A DNA stretch of 32,000 nucleotides from Candidatus Heimdallarchaeota archaeon (GTDB lineage Archaea > Asgardarchaeota > Heimdallarchaeia > Heimdallarchaeales > Heimdallarchaeaceae): the NCBI GenBank assembly GCA_030668875.1, contig DAOVER010000002.1:30001-62000 (forward strand), read 5' to 3'. Both the position numbers and the translations under genes were made by a program. The notes under the pieces are model-generated. The model did not search any database and was not told the DNA's origin. It worked only from the letters and a program-made list of their open reading frames with translations. Position 1 is the stretch's first letter, and each line of letters starts with the position of its first letter. This document shows positions 27,354 through 32,000 of this stretch, in pieces.

Positions 27354-28088
27354 TTTCTTCTTTTTACCAATAACTGAATAGGTTTTATTTGCAGTAATAA
27401 ATCCGATTTTTTCATAAATGTGAACAGCAGTCTTATTGCTTTCTTCTACCCATAAAAATATCTTCTCAACTCCTTCTTCAAATGATATTTTACAGATTTT
27501 CGAACTTACATCGTATCCATAACCCTTTCCTCTATGGGAAGGTCGTGTCCAAACATCTCTAATAATTGCAAATGAAAAACTTTCATTTTTCACTACATGT
27601 GGAGCAAAACCACAAGCAACTAATGATCCATTTTCAATAATACCTACACCGCCTACTCTACTATTCATATGGATTTTCCGATTCATTGATACTAATTTCT
27701 GATCATCTGGAGTGAGCTTTTTTGAAAGATATTCTTCATTTGCTTGAAAATCTTTTTTAGATAATTCCATACATAGAAATGAGTTGTATGCATTTTTATC
27801 CATGGAGGGATCCACTAGTTTTAGATCAGTGAAATGCTCATCTATTATAAGCATCCATTCCAAATCAGCAGAAATTAGAACCTCGCCTCTATCATCTATG
27901 TTTGAGAAGATGTCTGGATTAATCATTCCGTCAATTAGGTTGTGATGTCCATATGTACATCTCAATGTTGAACCAATAAGTTCAACCTGAAAAATGTTAG
28001 GTGTGAAAAAATAATCCCATACCATGAAACAATATTTTGCTAAATCCTTTTTTGCTGTCTCTAGAAAATATTTAATGTCATCTCTCAT
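27336..28088 (-). CDS. GNAT family N-acetyltransferase (C-terminal GNAT domain)
   Basis: VWTRPSHRGKGYG acetyl-CoA motif and N..AVHIYEKIGF. Confidence 0.92.
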   Translation of the reverse strand: MRDDIKYFLETAKKDLAKYCFMVWDYFFTPNIFQVELIGSTLRCTYGHHNLIDGMINPDIFSNIDDRGEVLISADLEWMLIIDEHFTDLKLVDPSMDKNAYNSFLCMELSKKDFQANEEYLSKKLTPDDQKLVSMNRKIHMNSRVGGVGIIENGSLVACGFAPHVVKNESFSFAIIRDVWTRPSHRGKGYGYDVSSKICKISFEEGVEKIFLWVEESNKTAVHIYEKIGFITANKTYSVIGKKKKSNANK

Positions 28089-28165
28089 CTTCTAACAGAT
28101 TGGTGTATAATTGCATGATTATCAATCTTATCTTTGATGATTGTATGATTGAATCTTCTCACTGT

Positions 28166-29071
28166 CTATCTAGGGCTAAAGAGTTCTCTATCCACATCTT
28201 TTAGAAACTCTTTATACTCTGATTGAGGGTCTTTCTCTATTGCTCGTTTGAGTCTTGTTATCCCTTCATATCTCTGACCTAGTCGTATCAGTGCTTTTCC
28301 TGATAAGAAAGTAGCTTCAGGATCATTTTTCATTAGAACAAGAAGTTCATTGCATAGATTGAAAGCTTTTTGGTTTTCACCTTTGCTTAAATACAATCGA
28401 GCAAGTTTGTGATATAATTCCTTCTTTATAGGTCTGGTTATTTCCTCAACTTGTAAACCCTGTAAATACTTTTGCTGTGCTAGATCTTCTCTCCCAATTT
28501 GTTGATATAAATCTCCTAATTCTTCGTAAAGTAGTTGGTTTGTTGGATCAATCTCAATCGCTTCATTATATGCATCAATTGCAGAAGTATGATTGTCTAG
28601 TTTTTTATAGCTACTTGCAAGTAATCTCCATACATCAGAATCTTTTTTCTTGTTTCTCAAATATGTCTCAAAGCATAAAACTGCAATTTGAGGTTCCCCT
28701 CTTAGTATTGCTACTTTCCCTCGTCCAAGCCATGATTGTATTGCTTGAGGATTCAAAGACGTTGCTTTAAAATAGTAAGTCTCTGCTAATTCTGTTTTAT
28801 TTGTTGATCTATAGGTCTCTCCTAGAAGTTCATAAGCTCTCCAGAAATCAGAATCCATTGCTATAACTGAAGTAAGTTCCTCAATTGTTTGTTTAAATTT
28901 TCCAGTTAGATAGTAAACTTTTCCTCTTAAATAAATGAAATGTGGATCAGTGTATTTTTTCATCATTCTTTCTAGAAAAGGTAGAGCTTCATCAAATAAC
29001 TGATTATCAATTAAACTTTCTATTAGTTCAATTTGAAATACTTTCATGCTTTCGTCGTCTACAATCCCCAT
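28166..29071 (-). CDS. Tetratricopeptide repeat protein
   Basis: Multiple 34-aa repeats (YLRGKVYYLTG, AYELLGETY, SWLGRGKVA, LYEELGDLY, ATFLSGKAL). A GGTGG SD precedes it. Confidence 0.92.
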   Translation of the reverse strand: MGIVDDESMKVFQIELIESLIDNQLFDEALPFLERMMKKYTDPHFIYLRGKVYYLTGKFKQTIEELTSVIAMDSDFWRAYELLGETYRSTNKTELAETYYFKATSLNPQAIQSWLGRGKVAILRGEPQIAVLCFETYLRNKKKDSDVWRLLASSYKKLDNHTSAIDAYNEAIEIDPTNQLLYEELGDLYQQIGREDLAQQKYLQGLQVEEITRPIKKELYHKLARLYLSKGENQKAFNLCNELLVLMKNDPEATFLSGKALIRLGQRYEGITRLKRAIEKDPQSEYKEFLKDVDRELFSPR

Positions 29072-29189
29072 AAATCCACCTTACATCTATCTCTTAATTT
29101 AACATATTAAAAGTTTCGTAGAAATATAGATTCTTGATAATTTCCCCTCAATAGAGGTTCTAAATTAGAAGAAAAGGAGTAAAAATGAG

Positions 29190-30794
29190 TTAATCTTTTA
29201 ATGAAAATCTATCTATTAATTCTCTCTTTAAAACTTTACCAGCAGCACTCAGAGGAAGTTCATCTATGATTTCATAATATTTTGGGACTTTATATTTCGA
29301 TAGTTGTTCATTACAAAAATCTTGTACTTCTTCTCCTGTAAGATCATGTCCTTCTTTTGTAACAATGAAAGCTTTGGGAACTTCTCCAAAATATTCATCA
29401 GGAATTGGAATTACTGCAGCCACGGCTATAGCAGGATGCTTGAAGAGCACTTCCTCGACTTCTCTAGGATATATTTTGAGACCTCCAGAATTTATAATGT
29501 CTTTCAGTCTATCCACTAAATAGAAATAATTTTCGTCGTCTTCCTTAACAAGATCACCAGTTCTTAACCATTGGTCAGGTGTAAAAACATTGACAGATTC
29601 AAGCCCCTTTCCCCAGTATCCTTTCATCACTTGAGGACCTTTGATAGTTAATTCCCCAACTTCTCCTGTTTCTAACTGTTCTGTTGATTGAGAATCAATG
29701 ATTCTTACTTTGGTATCTATAAGTGGTACTCCGATGGAATTTACCTTTGTTTTTCCGTAAGGATTGATGTGTGTAACAGGACTACATTCAGTTAAACCAT
29801 ATCCTTCAACTATTGAAATGCCTGTTTTTTCTTCGAATGAATGATGAATCTCCTTGGGTAAAGCTGATCCTCCAGATACACATACTTTGAGAGATGATAG
29901 GTCAAAATCTTCAATTTTCTCTCTTAAGATAGCTATATACATCGTTGGAACACCATAAAAAGATGAAGCTCCTTTTTCTTCTATAATCTTTAAAACATCT
30001 ACTGGATGAAATTTTGGTAGAATGATGATCTTTTCTCCTCTAAATAAAGGAGCGAAGAAACCGCATTGAAGACCAAAACTATGACATAATGGAAGAGATG
30101 ATAAAACAGCCTTTGAATATTCTTCTGGAATGTCAGATGCCCAATGATTAAACTGGTAAGCATTTGCTATCATATTGAAATGTGTGAGCATTACGCCTTT
30201 TGCTAAACCACTTGTTCCTCCACTGTAAAGCAAAAACGCAATGTCTTCAGAGTTGCTTATGATACCTGTATATATACCATCTTGTTTGAATACATCTTCC
30301 ATCTTCATTATTTTGTTATCATTTGAAGAATCGATTTTGCATTTTGAATCAGGTGTTAAAATAGATGAAAGCAATTTGTAATGTTCTGGTATATTTGAAA
30401 TTAAATCACAAAATGATTCATTTGTAATTAGAATTTTTGTTTCAGAATCGATTATTTGAAACTCTATTTCTTTCTGAGATAATCTGGAATTAATGAGTGT
30501 TACCTTGGCTCCTACTTGAAAAGCAGCAAAAACTGATACTACAAACCATATTGTATTAGGGAGAAGAACAGATATAGTATCTTGGACTTGAATATTTTCT
30601 GACAAGAAATAATCTGCAAGTTTATTGGAATATTCGATTAGTTGTCGAGGAGTATAAGATACCTTTCCTTGTTCTATTATTACTTTGTCAAGATCTCCTT
30701 TTGTTGCATTTAGAAAGTTTTCATATATGGAGACCTCTGGGTATTTTATTATGGTCTCTTGAATATTTAACCACTTTGAATCACTCAATGCCAT
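29190..30794 (-). CDS. fadD: Long-chain fatty acid--CoA ligase (ANL superfamily, FadD-like)
   Basis: LLYSGGTSGLAKGVMLTH, EGYGLTE, GPQVMKGYW, WLRTGD, DRLKDII and GKVLKREL. Confidence 0.9.
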   Translation of the reverse strand: MALSDSKWLNIQETIIKYPEVSIYENFLNATKGDLDKVIIEQGKVSYTPRQLIEYSNKLADYFLSENIQVQDTISVLLPNTIWFVVSVFAAFQVGAKVTLINSRLSQKEIEFQIIDSETKILITNESFCDLISNIPEHYKLLSSILTPDSKCKIDSSNDNKIMKMEDVFKQDGIYTGIISNSEDIAFLLYSGGTSGLAKGVMLTHFNMIANAYQFNHWASDIPEEYSKAVLSSLPLCHSFGLQCGFFAPLFRGEKIIILPKFHPVDVLKIIEEKGASSFYGVPTMYIAILREKIEDFDLSSLKVCVSGGSALPKEIHHSFEEKTGISIVEGYGLTECSPVTHINPYGKTKVNSIGVPLIDTKVRIIDSQSTEQLETGEVGELTIKGPQVMKGYWGKGLESVNVFTPDQWLRTGDLVKEDDENYFYLVDRLKDIINSGGLKIYPREVEEVLFKHPAIAVAAVIPIPDEYFGEVPKAFIVTKEGHDLTGEEVQDFCNEQLSKYKVPKYYEIIDELPLSAAGKVLKRELIDRFSLKD

Positions 30795-30925
30795 TCACTG
30801 AAACTACAGTTTTTAAAGGTATTAATGAACTTTATTAAACTAATATAAGTGAAGTTTTTGTCTAAGCAAAACTTTGATATAGTAAAATTAGGGGTTGTTT
30901 CTATACTCTCACATGGTCTTAGATT

Positions 30926-32000
30926 ATGTCCTCACCAACAAAAATCGATAAGAGAAGTGGAAAGAAAAAAAGAACCACATACAATGAGGAAGATTTATCG
31001 AAGTTTGCTGAAAAATACGCTGTCTCATATGATTCCGATAAAGAGAAACTTGTGAGTGATTTTGCAATTAAAGGTCAGAATCTACTGAAAAGTGGGAAAT
31101 TTGACGAATCTGAAGAGATATGCGATTTTCTGTTGAGCGTTGGAAAACAATGGAGAGATGATTTTACAAAAATGAAAGCTTTCCTACTGAAAGCCCAATT
31201 GAGTTCTAGTTTGCATCAAGAATCAATAGGATTTCTATCAAAATCTTTGTCTCTTGCTAAGAAATTGAAATACAATGAGCTTATTGTTGGTGTTAGGGTT
31301 CAGCTGGCCTACGAATACTTCCATAAGAGAGACTTCAAGAGGGTTCTTAAACAAATATCCGAAATCGAAAAATATGAACCGTTGGATCTCGAAAATTCTA
31401 AAGTTATTTATGAGTTGAAATCGAGATGTTACTGGGAAACTGATGATTATGTCAAAGGATTTAATGCAACATACAAATGGTTTGGTTATCTTAAAGAAAC
31501 AGAAGATATGCATTCAATGTTTATTGTAATCGTGTATCTTCTAACTGTTGTATCTTCATTAGATTTGCCTCTAACTAAAGAAAAGGTTAACGAGATTAAA
31601 AAAGAAATAGAACAAGTTTTAGTAAATCTCGCTACATCCCCTCATCTATTTCAAGATCTTATACCCCATATTGATACACTGTTTGCTAAATCATTGATGA
31701 TGGTTCAACCTGGAATTCTTTATGAGTTTACTGATATGTTTTTACAAACTGTTAGGTGGATGGACGAGGAAAAATACCTATATTCATGTCTGAAACTTGC
31801 AGATGCCTTTTACAGCATAAATGATTCTAAAAAAGCAGTTGAAATAATCGATAAAGGTAAAGCGTTCATAAAGGATAAGAAATATGATAAGCTGGATAAC
31901 AAAATAGGTTTGAAAAAAGTAGAATATACAAGTTTAATATTCTATTTTATGTCTTTTGACCCTCTTTATGACCCCCTAGTTATTGAGAGTGTAAATATTA
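30926..32000 (+). CDS. Alpha-helical/TPR-like protein, 3' partial (absent from the ORF track because no stop codon falls in the window)
   Basis: I translated it by hand from ATG 30926: MSSPTKIDKRSGKKKRTTYNEEDL...AQLSSSLHQESIGFLSKSLSLAKKL...LADAFYSINDSKKAVEIIDKG. The frame is open for 358 codons to the window end. Confidence 0.85.
   Translation, partial: MSSPTKIDKRSGKKKRTTYNEEDLSKFAEKYAVSYDSDKEKLVSDFAIKGQNLLKSGKFDESEEICDFLLSVGKQWRDDFTKMKAFLLKAQLSSSLHQESIGFLSKSLSLAKKLKYNELIVGVRVQLAYEYFHKRDFKRVLKQISEIEKYEPLDLENSKVIYELKSRCYWETDDYVKGFNATYKWFGYLKETEDMHSMFIVIVYLLTVVSSLDLPLTKEKVNEIKKEIEQVLVNLATSPHLFQDLIPHIDTLFAKSLMMVQPGILYEFTDMFLQTVRWMDEEKYLYSCLKLADAFYSINDSKKAVEIIDKGKAFIKDKKYDKLDNKIGLKKVEYTSLIFYFMSFDPLYDPLVIESVNI

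Noticed and set aside
29175-29193. ggag + ATG AGT TAA mini-ORF on the plus strand
   Set aside because: It is the reverse complement of the pyrimidine-rich tract after the fadD stop, and is better read as a minus-strand terminator.
30857-30882. Imperfect inverted repeat aagtttttg...caaaactt between fadD and the TPR-like gene
   Set aside because: It is short, imperfect and AT-only, so it is expected by chance in this composition.
1471-31513. Short ORFs in the track on opposite strands or alternate frames (e.g. 1471-1815, 3633-3836, 3952-4347, 9885-10187, 17363-17641, 26048-26294, 28477-28770, 30849-31055, 31238-31513)
   Set aside because: They lie within well-supported genes, are Ser/Phe/Leu-rich as expected for shadow frames, and show no recognisable motifs.
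1-32000. rRNA, tRNA, CRISPR arrays, IS elements or prophage genes
   Set aside because: I saw no GC-rich structured islands, regularly spaced repeats, or transposase/integrase motifs by eye. tRNAscan-SE and Infernal runs would be needed to exclude small RNAs formally.

Overview
AT-rich, very densely coded archaeal chromosomal DNA. The Asgard-type profilin and the PG-motif/TM/KKRR-anchored surface protein point to an Asgard archaeon, possibly Heimdallarchaeia (inference). I found no rRNA, tRNA, CRISPR array or transposase. The dominant feature is a complete nine-subunit A/V-type ATPase cluster (16.5-27.4 kb) in a non-canonical order. A(intein)-B-D-UspA-E-I-K run on the minus strand, C is flipped to the plus strand and overlaps H head-to-head, and F is divergent from A. 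Subunit A carries a 550-aa LAGLIDADG intein in its P-loop. The left half encodes a TldD/PmbA fragment, a glycosylated surface protein, a HEAT protein, RidA, agmatinase, an 834-aa coiled-coil protein with three PRC-barrel-like repeats, two membrane hydrolases, profilin, DUF167, DNA ligase, a cytoplasmic GIFT-domain protein resembling IFT52, a MinD/ParA ATPase, two Zn-ribbon membrane paralogs and a HAD hydrolase. The right end encodes a GNAT, a TPR protein, an acyl-CoA ligase and a partial ORF missing from the supplied track. All family calls come from motif recognition by eye; no database searches were run.
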